A DNA stretch of 64,000 nt from Phyllobates terribilis. Lineage: Eukaryota. Positions 49,431 to 61,947 of the stretch are shown here, piece by piece. A model generated the notes under the pieces. The model did no database searches. It was not told where the DNA came from and saw nothing but the letters and a program-made list of their open reading frames with translations. The position numbers and the translations under genes are program-made. The stretch covers positions 164,548,001-164,612,000 of the forward strand of contig NW_027362764.1 of the NCBI RefSeq assembly GCF_046119375.1, given 5' to 3'. Every line of letters begins with the position of its first letter. Positions within the stretch are counted from its first letter, which is position 1.

Positions 49431-50879
49431 AAATATGAATGCAAATGTGAACATGAGGCATGAATGTGAATTGTTTTAAAGTAGACGAAAATGTCTCCAT
49501 ACGCCAGACTACATACCTTGTGTGTGGTGAAATCCTACAGTCATGTCACTCCCAATCATTCTTTATAGCCAAGACTATATGTACATTTTCTGATTCTAAA
49601 TGGTTTAGAATCCCCCCATACACACACACCCCAATCCCCCGGGTTGCTTGTAGTGATCACAGTGCTGGTGCGAGCGCTGCTGCCGCCTCCATGGTACTGT
49701 ACTGCAATGCCTGCACCACTACTGGCAGGTAGGTAGACATGAGCACCAAGGCCCCCACAAAAAGCTAATCAGTATCAGTACTAAGAGTCGACCCCCCACC
49801 AATTCTGTATTCCTAATGGTAGATGATCAATATTTTGATCATGGAAAATCCCTTTAAGGCTTTACACACTTTACCACACAAAGAGAATGTCTGTTTCCAA
49901 AACTCTCAGTTTTCTTTCTGGCTGCAGAGAATATATTGAGGTGGAGAAGGTGTGTGAATTTTGATAGATTGTATTACTAAGCTTGAATGAACTCTGTAAC
50001 TTAGCCTTTGGGCAATTGTATCTTGAACCCACGCTACATAATTATTATCTGGCATATACTGAATGTGAGTTGCTTATCAGACAATCATTATTTAATTTTT
50101 TACTGATGCTATGATAATTTTCTTAGGCAAACATACAGTTTAGTGATAAACCTATCCGGCAAGTACACAGCTAGGAGTAGCATATTATCATTTGTTTTAA
50201 GATTTAAAGGCTTTTTCTATTTTTCTTTAAGTTCAACTTAAAATGGGTGTTCTGATCTCATCTCGTATCTCCAGGATATGCTATCACCTAATGAAGGTAA
50301 ATTCTCCCCACAATCCTAATATAGAGTTGCATCCACGTCACAATTTTTCCTCTGCTCCTTTTGCCTCTGCTTCTGGTCACCTGCTGTACTGTGGCTTCAT
50401 TCAAGTGGATGGGGTGGGCTGTAGCCCCCTGTGCTGCCAGGTAGCCAGAAGCAGGAAAAATTGTGAGGGCGTCAGAGCGCTGCTTCATGCTCTGGATCAC
50501 TGAGGGTCTCTCTTCGCTGTTGGCAATTGGAACCATTCTTGTTTGTATTCACAAGCTGTACCTGATTCCTTCACCAAGGGCAAAGATTCCTTTTTCTGCC
50601 CCAGTAATATATCTAAATTCTCTTGCCAAGATTGGCAGTGCCCCTATCACAGACCTCTACAGCCCTGCCCTAGCTACACCTCTGCTGATTACATCTAACT
50701 CACAATGGTGCATCATTAGCTGCAAGTATGAATAGATTTTGGAAATGGAAAAATACAGATAAAAAAGTCTATTAAAAATGCAATTGTATTTGTTGTACAA
50801 TGATTAAAGATGTTGTCTGCTTTAGGACGCATTGAGAAGTCAGTACTTTACTCGTACAATAAAAACAGACTGATTATTT

Positions 50880-51200
50880 TGACCAGACTTTGATTACAGT
50901 GTGATCAGAGTGTGGCGTGGTCCGAGTGTCATCAGTTTTTCTCATACGTGGAGAAAAAAATCAGACTGCACTCTGATGTCATTCGAGTGCGGTCTGATTT
51001 TTCAATGGACCCATAGACTTGCATTGTTGATTTTCATCCAACCTTAGGACCAAAATCGGACAATGTCTCTGTTTTTTTAAATGAACCACTTGGTCTGAGG
51101 AAAAAAATTGGGCATGTGAACAACCCCAAAGACTATCATAGGTACAAGTGCTATCCTGGAAAAACACTCGTACGAGAAATACTCACGTCTGAATGAACCC
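50880..51200. mobile_element. Harbinger-type MITE, right portion
   Basis: Ends TGAATGAACCC followed by TAA; inverse-orientation relative of 60808-61190 (GGACCCATAGACTTGCATTG motif). Another relic lies at about 51585-51800. Confidence 0.6.
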
Positions 51201-52126
51201 TAAGAAAAACCCATAAAAATGGAGTGCAGCTACAAGGTGTATCTTTCCATCTGAACGGTCCATCATGTTCATACATTACATGGACAGACTATGTACACTA
51301 GGGAGAGACCTGCCAATCACCTCTAGCAGTGCTGGGAGGAGCCGGGTGGGGGCTAGTCGTATATCCAGCTATGGTCCTCGGCTGGATCCCTAAAGGATTT
51401 AAAGTATAAGTATAAACGTTAGAGCGTTTCAAAGAAAAATATACCTGGCTGTAATCAGACAAAAGGTTCTGATTCATGCTGCCCACAGTTTCGGCATAAT
51501 GACTCAGATTACAGGTTCCTTTTAATAATGTATACAGTCTGTATGGTGAAATCTAGTAACAGATCCACATTATTCAGAAAAGTAAATGATCTAGTTTTTC
51601 ATTCTATGGGCAGGTGTCAATGTTTTCCATGGACTCATTGACTTGATTGGCCGAGTGTGATCCAAATATTGGATCAAACTCAGACATTTTTTCCTTGGAC
51701 AGACTCTGTTGGAGGAAAAATCGGACATGTGCACGGCCCCACAGAGTAACATTGGTCCAAATGATCTGAGGTTTTGACAAAACATTGGATCACACTCAGA
51801 CCAAAAATAAGCTTATCTGCACAAGTTCTTACAGTGAAAATGATACCAAGAATTTATTTTGGCAAGACACCTCAAATCTGCCTGCATTATCAGGCACATG
51901 AACAGTATTGGGGTTAATGACAATCCCTTGTTAAGGAGGTTTTTCAGGGTTAGAGAAAATGCTTTCTCCAAAATCCAGTCCCTCCTTTCCTTGCAGGTTG
52001 TGTCTGGTAATTCAACTTGAAAGAATTCACTTTCTAAGAGCTGAGCTGCAAAACCAGGCATAACCTTTGAACTGGGGTGGCGCTATTTCTGGAAGAAAGT
52101 AGCTATAATTTTGTAATCCTTTAACA

Positions 52127-52288
52127 CAGTGTTCCCCAAATCCAGTCCTCAAGAGCCACCAACAGATCATGTTTTCAGGAATTCCTTAGTATTGCACGGA
52201 AGAAAATGTCCCCACCTGGGCAATACTAAGGAAATCCTGAAAACATGATCTGCTGGTGACTCATGATGACTGGAGTTGGGGAACCCTG
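52127..52288. mobile_element. hAT-type palindromic MITE (162 bp)
   Basis: TIRs CAGTGTTCCCCAA / TTGGGGAACCCTG; perfect 8-bp TSD CTTTAACA at 52119-52126 and 52289-52296. Confidence 0.92.
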
Positions 52289-53244
52289 CTTTAACATCTG
52301 CTGTAAATCTGCAGTGTGCCTGTGAGCAATAAAGAAGACAGGTCCTTATAATAGCAGCTTGACCTGCTGCAAGCTCATAATTCCAAACTACGTTGGTGGG
52401 TTATGGAGATAAGCTTTAGGAGCGATGGGTTCAGAAAGAGGAACAAGACAATTATATTATCCCAAGATGAGAAGATTGCAGGAACTTTGGATGGAAGAAG
52501 GCTTTTTAGAAAAAGGCATCCATTGTGCATATCCATTATCTTTCAGATTGGTTTTTGGGGTTTTGCCAGGAGAAGATTCATAATTTAATAAATACGAGAT
52601 AAATATCTTTTTCTGGACATGAATCATATAAATGTAGAGCGTATGTACCTGAGAGTAAAATAAAGGCAAGTGATTTATATCTTCTGATTTATGTAATGAA
52701 CATGTATAGAAAAATAATTCTCAAGCCAAAGAACTTGATGTCACTCCAGAATATGAAGCCTGTGGGGTGTATTGTATCTTCCTGCAGACAACGAGCAATT
52801 GTAGGAGATGGATTTCTCCTAAATGATGATAACTCTAGTCATATTATATCAGGAATGTTTTTGTATGTGGACCGGCACCCAAAATACCAGCTATTTCTCA
52901 GTATTAACTGGGGCAGCCGTGTGACTAGACATTGGCTCCATAAAAGCCACACCACGCTTTCTTTCTGGTGCCAAGTGCAGTAAAATTGTCAAGGGCATAT
53001 ATGATTATATGTTTTTATTTGGGCACTTCTAGGAAACAACTAAGCTTTTCTACATAATATTCCCATGTAACATCCTCCAAAAGTGGGTCAGAAGAAAACG
53101 GATCTGCTACAATATAGTTCTGTAGTGGAAATGTGTCGCTTAGGCTCGGTCCACATTGTCGGGCTCATACACTCAGAATGCATGCACCAAACAGTGTGAA
53201 CAGTCAGGATGAATGGCCAGTGATACGTCCACCATAGGGACCAA

Positions 53245-53302
<58 letters not shown>

Positions 53303-53526
53303 CATGGTATATTCTTTGCAGCGACCCTCTGCACATCAAAGTGCTGTCGGTTTCGCTTTCCTATACTGTTAAATGGTATGACACTCTTTTGGCCTCCATC
53401 TGGTTTATGGTCGCCTATAGGGAACACTCTTTTGACCTCCGTCTGGAGGACACTACCCTAGGATTTTCATTGTGTAATTTGCCGTAGATGTACAGCAGAT
53501 CCGTAACCAAGTTGTGTGAAGATTAA

Positions 53527-55784
53527 GGCTGTGTGCCCACGATGCGTTTTTTAAGCGTTTCCGCAGCGGCAAAAACGCTGCAGAAACGCTTAAAAAACGC
53601 ATGGTAGAAGGCCTGCCATGTTCCCCAATGATAATCCGCATGTGCTGTGCACATGCTGCGGAAATTTCCGCTGCGGATTATCATTGCGGAAAAAAACGCA
53701 GCACTACCAATTACTTTGCGGAAGCGCTGCGTTTTCGCCACCATTGACTTGCATTACAACGCGCCAATTCCGCTTCACTAGATAAGGACATGCAGAATGC
53801 ACGCGTTCCAATGTGCGGATGGTACCCAGGTCTAGAGGAGAGGAGACTCTCCTCCGGACCCGGGTACCATAGAAAACTGTGAAAAAAAGAATAAAATAAA
53901 AAATACAGATTATATTTACCTTCTGGCGGCCCCCGGTCTCCTTGTCTGTACTTGCCGGCAGTTCGCGATGGACTGAAGGACCTGCGCTGACGTCATAGTC
54001 ATGTGACGGGTCACGCGACGCTGACGTCGGCAGGTCCTTCAGTGTACCGCTGCCGGCAGCCAGGACGGAGGGAATCAAGACACTGGGGGCCATCGGAAGG
54101 TAAGTATACATTATTTTTTTTATTTTTTTACATTCTCTCGGGTCACACTATATAAATCCATGCCATTTGCATGGATTTATATAGTGTGACCAAGTTGTCA
54201 AGCACTTTCCAAGTGAAGGGGAAGAAGGTGGACCCAGGGAACTATAGGCCGGTGAGTCTGACTTCTATACCAGGAAAGATCTTTGAACAAATTATTAAAC
54301 AACTTGTATGTAAGTACATGGATAAGAATGAAGTGATTAACCAGAGTCAGCATGGGTTTGTAACTAACAAGTCATGTCAGACTAACTTAATTTCCTTCTA
54401 TGACAGAATCACTGACTGGGTGGATCAGGGAAATGCTGTAGATATAGTATATCTTGACTTCAGCAAAGCATTTGACAAAGTATCTCACACCATCCTTATT
54501 GAAAAAATGACCAAGTATGCAATGGACCAGGCAACTGTTAGGTGGATTCATAACTGGCTTAGTGATCGGACTCAAAGGGTGGTTGTAAATGGCTTCACAT
54601 CCAGCTGGATGAATGTCTCAAGTGGGGTACCACAGGGCTCCGTCCTGGGACCTGTATTGTTCAACATTTTTATCAATGATTTAGATGAAGGAATTGAGGG
54701 TAAACTGATTAAATTTGCTGATGACACAAAGCTAGGAGGGATAGCTAATACTAGAGAAGAGAGAGAGAGTATTCAAAAAGACCTAAATAAACTGGAGCAG
54801 TGGGCAGCAACCAACAGAATGGTTTTTAACAGGGAAAAATGCAAAGTACTACATCTGGGCAATAAAAATGAAAAAAGCATATACAGAATGGGAGGAATAG
54901 AGCTAAGCAACAGTACATGTGAAAAAGACTTAGGTATACTAATAGATCATAGACTGAACATGAGTCAACAGTGTGATGCAGCAGCAAAAAAGGCAAATAC
55001 AATTCTGGGATGTATTAACAGAAGCATACAGTCTAGATCACGTGAAGTCATTATCGGTCTTTACTCCTCTTTGGTCAGACCTCATCTGGAATACTGTGTA
55101 CAGTTTTGGGCACCACATTTTAAAAAAGACATAGACAAACTGGAGCAAGTTCAGAGAAGAGCGACCAGAATGGTGACTGGTCTGCAAACCATGTCCTATG
55201 AGGAACGGTTGCAGGATTTGGGAATGTTTAGCTTGCAAAAAAGAAGACTGAGAGGAGACTTAATAGCTGTCTACAAATATGTCAAGGGCTGTCACATTGT
55301 AGAAGGATCATCTTTATTCTCATTTGCACAAGGAAAGACTAGAAGCAATGGGATGAAACTAAATGGGAGGAGACACAGATTAGATATTAGAAAAAACTTT
55401 TTGACAGTTAGGGTGATTAATGAGTGGAACAGGCTGCCACGAGAGGTGGTGAGTTCCCCTTCAATGGACGTCTTCAAACAGAGGCTGGACAGACATGATC
55501 TAGTGAATCCTGCTTTGAGCAGGGGGTTGGACCAGATGACCCAGGAGGTCCCTTCCAACTCTACCATTCTATGATTCTATGATTCTATGCTAAAATCGCT
55601 TGGAAAGTGCTTGTCAACCCGTATGCGGAAATGCAAGTGAAGAACGCTTCACATCCGCATGTCCCTGGCAGGAAAACGCATGTACAATCCACATGTACAA
55701 TCCGCATGCGTTTTTTTCTGCCAGGGAGATGCAGAAACGCTCAGGAAAAAATCCTGAGCATTTCTGCATCGTGGGCACATAGCC
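53527..55784. mobile_element. Harbinger-type non-autonomous element containing a CR1 insertion
   Basis: TIRs GGCTGTGTGCCCACGATGC / GCATCGTGGGCACATAGCC; TAA on both sides (53524-53526, 55785-55787). Confidence 0.88.
54217..55589 (+). mobile_element. 5'-truncated young CR1 LINE (RT domain and 3' UTR)
   Basis: Uninterrupted ORF 54171-55574 with NYRPVSLTS, QHGF, YLDFSKAFDKV, PQGSVLGP, FADDTKL and EKDLG; tail (ATTCTATG)x3 at 55566-55589. Confidence 0.97.
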
Positions 55785-55925
55785 TAACTCTATTTTCCTT
55801 CATGTCCATGAGTGACTATACCACTTTCTATCCCACAGCTGAAAATCCTCTGGAAAATGGTCAGATCACCCACCAGAAGATCCGAAGCACGGAGGCTTGT
55901 AGTGCCACAGGGAAAACATAGAAAA

Positions 55926-56142
55926 GGAAAAAAATCTAGTTTCAAGAATTTCAGTTGAACACATCAATTTATTGAAATGTGGATGAAATAGTTGTAATTC
56001 CCATACCAAAGTCTATGAATAAAGAGACTGGTGTCTTAAACACTTTTCATAAATCACTCTGATATGGGGATTGCGACTTTTTTTATATACATTTCAATAA
56101 ATTGATGTTTTTAACTGAAGAACGTAACGCTGGATTTTTTCC
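55926..56142. repeat. Short palindromic insertion, possibly Penelope-derived
   Basis: Perfect 20-bp inverted repeat ACATCAATTTATTGAAATGT (55961-55980) / 56089-56108 with imperfect outer arms. Confidence 0.5.
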
Positions 56143-57760
56143 ATTTCTGCAGTTGAAAATCAGCACAGAAAAGTTTCATTTCACGTGAATGTCATTGAAG
56201 TAAATCCATTCACATGTACCACATATGGATTATTAGCAGGTTTCACATGGATTTAAGTGCAGAGTACATTCCAATATGTGTAAACGTGGCATTAGTGTCA
56301 CATATATACCCCTTATTATACTGAAGAAGCATGTCCACCTAGAATTAAGAAAATAAAAACATCACTGTTTGGCCCACGTTTATCTTTTATTGTATGCTTT
56401 GATTTTTCAAGAATTAGTCCTACCTAAATTTGCGTCAAGTTTGTCTTCTCACTTAAAAAATAAAAATAAAACAGTAAAAAGTCGGCTTGGTCACGCCGTA
56501 CAGGTAATGTTAGCTGTAATATTGGTTGTCAGCCAAATATTTTAGAAACAAAACATTTTTTAACTACGATTAACGCAAGGATTCACTTAAAAAAAAGAAG
56601 GAAAGAAAGAAAGAAAGGAAATGAAGAAAGAAAGAAAGAAAGACTGTCTTACAAAGGCATACATACAGTCCATACAGTATGTGCTATGAGATCCTCTGCA
56701 CTCAGGACCCCCCTTTCTGAGTCAGAGTGGCTATCTTTAGGGAAGGGTCTGTCTTCATGATACAACCCCCTTTTAGTAATTAAAGGGCTTATACAGGATT
56801 ACAAATATATACCTTCCTTCTTCTAGAAACAGTGCCACACATGCCAGTAGGTTGTGGTTGGTATTACAGCTTAGCCTTATTGAGCATAACCTGTGGACAG
56901 ATGTGGTGTTATTTTTGGAAGAAAGCAGCCAAACATTTTTAATCCAGTTCAGCCCCTTTAAGTGACTTGTCAGCAGTTTGATGAGTGACCGCATGTTAGT
57001 CCGCTTATCAATGCTCTTATTATTAATACTTCTATTGCTATTACTTGACATATTTTACTTGGGACCGTTTAGCACACAGAAGCTCGGCGTGGTTTCTTTT
57101 ACTGGTTTATTAGGAGCAGTGTTCACTATGTGACAGCTGCATTTTATATACATACCAGGAACGCCACGCTCTTATGTTTACAAGCCTGTAAGTTCCACTA
57201 TCATTTAACAATATTTCAGAGATTTGCTTTACAAGGTTTCTGAGCTATTTTTACTAAGCAATGCTTCCTGGGAAGTCGTCAGCAATTTGTGGCTGTCAAA
57301 GTAATCTAAGGGTGAAAGACTTGACATGACGGAATGAGTAGAAGTAAAAGTGGATGAGGTCAGTGTCTTCTTATTTATGTCCACACGTTTAATATTTCAG
57401 TACTTCAGACAAGTAACATGGGGCCGGACATTATTATAACCAGGCTTTGGGCTTATGTTCTTAGGATAAATAGAAAATCCCAAAATTCATCAATGTTATA
57501 GACAGAAAACATGTTTTGTCCAGATGCCTAGAAGTAGAGCAGTGCTTAGGCCATACTCGCACAGCACAGATTTGCAAATCCTCCATTAATCTTGTTTTTA
57601 GAAAATCTGTACCAGAAATTCTGCACATAAACTTGGATTTCTGCTATGGATTGGCAAGTAGAACCACACACAGTTTGGCCTAACTATTTAATTTAATGGT
57701 GCTAATGAGCAAATTTTCCATGTGGAATCTCTGCCAATAATGACCATGGCATCCCAGCCT

Positions 57761-57796
57761 CCCCAACGCGCGTTTCGCCCTTTCTTCATCAGGGGG
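57761..57796 (-). ncRNA. Hammerhead ribozyme-like motif with degenerate stem II
   Basis: Minus strand CCCC-CUGAUGA-A-GAAAGGGC-GAAA-CGCGCG-UU-GGGG: intact core, 4-bp stem I, palindromic ACGCGCGU. Confidence 0.55.
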
Positions 57797-58192
57797 CACA
57801 CAATCAGCGGAAGCTTATGTAAGTGCTTGTATGAACCTTGACTTTATTCATTATTAGGCATAGCGCAGTTCCACACCTACCATGATACACATCATTCTAT
57901 TTGGTACTTATGCACTGGCTCATGAGTTGCGTATTCAATTGCTATAGTGTATGGCTTGTTCCTGTATTTAAATAGCAGCACCTGTTTCATGTTTTTAACA
58001 AATTTGATACTCTGTTTATTTAAAAAGATTTATTGGTTTTAATATACTCATGCTGTTTGTGGCCTTTTCATGCCCTTTATTTAAGTATAACATAATATTT
58101 TGTAGCCGTTTTGTAATGTTACTTTATGATGTGTAGCTTGTGCAAGTGAAGCACAGTGAGGCTGATTTTTTTTAAAAGTTGTCTAGCTTTTA

Positions 58193-59144
58193 GGGCGATT
58201 TCACATGTCCGTATATTTCCTGTACCGGAAAAACCAGTACCGGAGATATCCGTGTCCCGTGTGTCCGTGTGTGTCACACGTGTGGCAACCATGTGCCGCC
58301 TGTGTGCCGCATCAAGATCACACGGACGGGCGCCTGGGAATCAGTTTACAGTTAGCGCTGTTCCCAAGTGCCGGGTGCTGAACGCTGCCCTCATCATAGT
58401 TCCTTGTTCACGCTGTGATCAGCACGAGCAAGAGACAATGTTGGGAGTAGTAGTGTCTGCTCCCACTGTGTCCCTGTGTAAAAATAAGAGTAAAATAATA
58501 AAATCCTTATACTCACCAGTCCAGAGATGTCCTCTGCTGTAATCCTTTGACCGCTGACGCTGGGGAGAATGAGCCACTCAAGATACTGGGCCCCGGAGGT
58601 GCGCTGAGCTCAGGAGCGGTGTCCTGTCACTCAGTGAGCTCCGCTCAGTGCAGGGCCCCGTTCGCTGGAACGGCTCATTCTCCCAAGCTCCTCGGCGCCA
58701 ACGGTAAGAGGATTACAGTGGGGAACATCTCTGGACAGGTGAGTATAAGGATTTTATTATTTTATTCTTATTTTTACACAGGGACTACTATTCCCAACAT
58801 TGTCTCTTGCTCGTGCTCATCGCAGCACCGGCAGGAACCATGATGAGGGCAGCGTTCAGCACCCGGCACTTGGGAACAGCGTTAACCATACACTGATTCC
58901 CAGGCGCTGGTTTCGTGTCACATGGATGACACACGGATGTCATCCGTGTGGGACGTTTTGCAGACCGTGCATCCGGAAAAAATGGACATGTCAGCCTGTG
59001 AAGCACACAGACACACGGTCCATGGAAACACACTGACATCTGCACAGACTCATAGATTTGAATGGGTCTGCGCGTGTCAGTGTCTCCAGTACTTGTGGAA
59101 ACTGTCACCAAACGTACCGGAAACATGGACGTGTGAAAGAGCCC
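58193..59144. mobile_element. Harbinger-type non-autonomous element with nested inverted repeats
   Basis: TTA TSDs; termini GGGCGATTTCACATGTCC / GGACGTGTGAAAGAGCCC; internal inverted repeats at about 58350-58450 / 58785-58885 and 58498-58533 / 58726-58758. Confidence 0.88.
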
Positions 59145-60807
59145 TTAAATAGAGCTGGGACAGACACAAACGAAAGAGGGCCTCTGCGCAAAAACATTAT
59201 AAGGGCGTTTTGTGTCCAATATTGTGTCTGTGACAGAAGCTGTTTACTGCTTTAGAGGTGGTAGTGGGCTCACTTAGCCCTTGGGTCCACTTGGGTGGAC
59301 ATACACTTATTGGAAGCTGGCACCAAGAAGTAATAGAGTACGTGTTGCTGTCAGATTCAACTAGGCGAATACGGCTGAAAATGATATATGATAGAGCACA
59401 CTGTGACTCCATCAGCATCATTACTACCCATGGCCCCAATCAGTCTATACGCCTGAATCCCATTTTGCGGGGGGTGCTGATGTAAGCCGCAACGGAGCCA
59501 CTGAACATAAGGTAAAATGCGATGTGAACACTGCCTAAAGATTTTTGGATTGGATATTGCCATACATTGTTTTGGTGTAAATAATAACTATTATTACTGT
59601 TCCCATTTACAGTTTAGGTGTTTTGTAATAATGCTATGACTTCAGATTTAATAGCTCATTTTATCATAAAATGTGACAAGAAATAGATGGTGAAATAAGC
59701 AATTTACAGCGTAAAGCACTATATTCTCCTTTCAGTAACATGATGTTTATTGGTTTTATAACTCTTATTTTATAGATATGATTGGACAGGGTGTTTCTGA
59801 CATGTTTTGGCAGAGACATTTTAGCTGTGGGTGTGGAGTGGGTCGTTTGTGTGAACCCTGATGGGGATCCTAATCTTGGCACTGTCTCTGAGGGGCTGGC
59901 AGGACGTCCCTGAAGATGATGGACTGATTACCTCTTTTCCATCATGTGTTAATGGCTTTGTGCTTTTTTTTTTTATAAATAATTTTTTTCCACTTCTTTC
60001 TGTTGGTGTCTTTTATTGCTGATTAGGATTTTATTGCTTTTGAACAGGATACACATGAAGATGAAAAATGAACACCTCAGCAGTTCAGGTTAATAGGGAA
60101 GCAGTGTATTCATAATTTTAGGACTCAGCAAAATGAAAAATCCTCCCCATATGAGTCAGCTAAAATATAAACTCTAAAGCCAGAAAACTTATCCAGAAGT
60201 TCGGTATGTGTACTAAATAAATTCCGGCCTCTCGTGTGTCTTACAGATTTCCCAGGTCACTCCCATTTTATTAATTTTTCCACACTTTTCCGTAGCACAG
60301 CAACGTATGATTGGTATGAGAGGTGAGGGTGACTTATCAGTACTGCTACAATTAGCAGAACTAAGGGAAGATGGCACTTGCTGTAGTACACACACTTCTC
60401 ATTTTATCATTATAAGCTAATAGCTCCTATGCAGACCTAATTGTCTCCATAGTAACAGACTACAAACAAACCCTTTGTGTAGTCAGATTCTGCAGTCATG
60501 TGACATACATACAGGGGGGTTTCATTGTATACTATGTGTTAAAATGGTCCCATACTAGTATAAATATATATAACAAAATACCAGCAGTTTGTAATATTCC
60601 ATATCTTTACACTACACTTAACTGTATGACAGGCACCATACTGTAATACCAAACATCTACATCCAACCACCACCTCATGGATGACTGTTCACCAGTATTT
60701 TACACCTGTTCTACCGCTATCATATTCCAAATAACATAAATTGCAAGTCTGCAGAAGTCTGATCTATGAAAAAATACATTTAATGAGTCCATATGGTAAA
60801 TGCCTGA

Positions 60808-61190
60808 GGGCTCGTTCACATGTACAATTTTCTTGTACGAGTGCTAGCAGTGGTTTTAAAGGATAGCACTCACACCTGACATGGCCTATGGCGCTGTGCA
60901 CATGTCCAATTTTTTCCTCGGACCAAGTGGTCTGTGGAAAATATTGGAGATGTCCGATTTTGATCTGAGCGTCGGATCAAAATTATCAATGCAAGTGTAT
61001 GGGTCCATGAAAAAATTGGACCGGATGTCACCTGAATGTGGTTCAATTTTCACAGACTGTCAGAATGGAGGTGGAGACATTTTTATTTCTCTACGTACAA
61101 GAAAAACTGAAGACACTCGGACCACACTCTTATCAAACTCTGATTATAATAATTGGTCCGTTTTTCTGAGATGTGGAAAATACTGAAGTC
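60808..61190. mobile_element. Harbinger-type MITE, left portion
   Basis: TGA followed by a GGGCTCGTTCACATG terminus; same family as 50880-51200. Confidence 0.6.
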
Positions 61191-61649
61191 TGACTTAATT
61201 ACTGATGTAAGAGGAGGAAAATGAAAATTCCAAAGTTGCTCTTTTTTGTCACCACATCTCTCCCAAAAAATGCAATCAAAACCTTGTATGTATCACGTAA
61301 CTGTATTCATAAAAATTGGTAAAAGGAATGGTGTCCTCCAAAACTACAACTTGTCCCACAAAAAACAAGCCCTCATACAACTATATTATCAAAAAAATAA
61401 AAATATGAAGACACAAAAATGAAAAATTGCGCAGTATTGAAAAATGAGATTTGCCTGAGTTGATGGTGCGAGCTGCTCAGAGCCGCTAAGCTCAGTGTTT
61501 GGCTGCAGCAATGTCGATGTAGACAATAACAGAGGAAGCAGAGACAGAGACTCAGTGCTGGACCCTGTAAGTAAAGGGTAAGTAAAGCACAGATTGTTTT
61601 TTAAAACAAACTGTAGCTGAGGAAGAGTGTTTTCCGAAACTCCTTTATT

Positions 61650-61947
61650 GTGGACCCCTGGAAGTTTGGGTTCTGGTACCCAACTCGAACTTTAGTCCAA
61701 AGTTCGGTTACAGTAACAGAACTGTACCCGAACTTTAACCAGAACTCGAATCCCATGTTAAACAATGGAGACCCATACTTTGAATCTGGAAAAAAAACTC
61801 TTTCTCTTCCTCTCTCCAACGGACTTCCCGCGGAACTCCGAACTTTGAAACAGGCTTCCAGGAGAGGTCCGTGTTCGGTGCTTAAAGCCGGACACTAACT
61901 GTCCTGCACGAACCCCGAACTTTCAAGTTTGGGTTGGCTCATCTCTA
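61650..61947. mobile_element. hAT-type MITE of the family at 44714-44995
   Basis: Shared GTTCGG/CCGAAC motifs and right end GAACTTTCAAGTTTGGGTTGGCTCATCTCTA; left end unclear. Confidence 0.7.

Noticed and set aside
54149-54173. TATA box and ATG driving the RT-only CR1 ORF
   Set aside because: The ATG is only about 15 nt after the TATA, so a TATA-directed start would fall downstream of it.
60443-60456. Isolated X-box match GTCTCCATAGTAAC
   Set aside because: Single site with no promoter context; single matches are expected by chance or within repeats.
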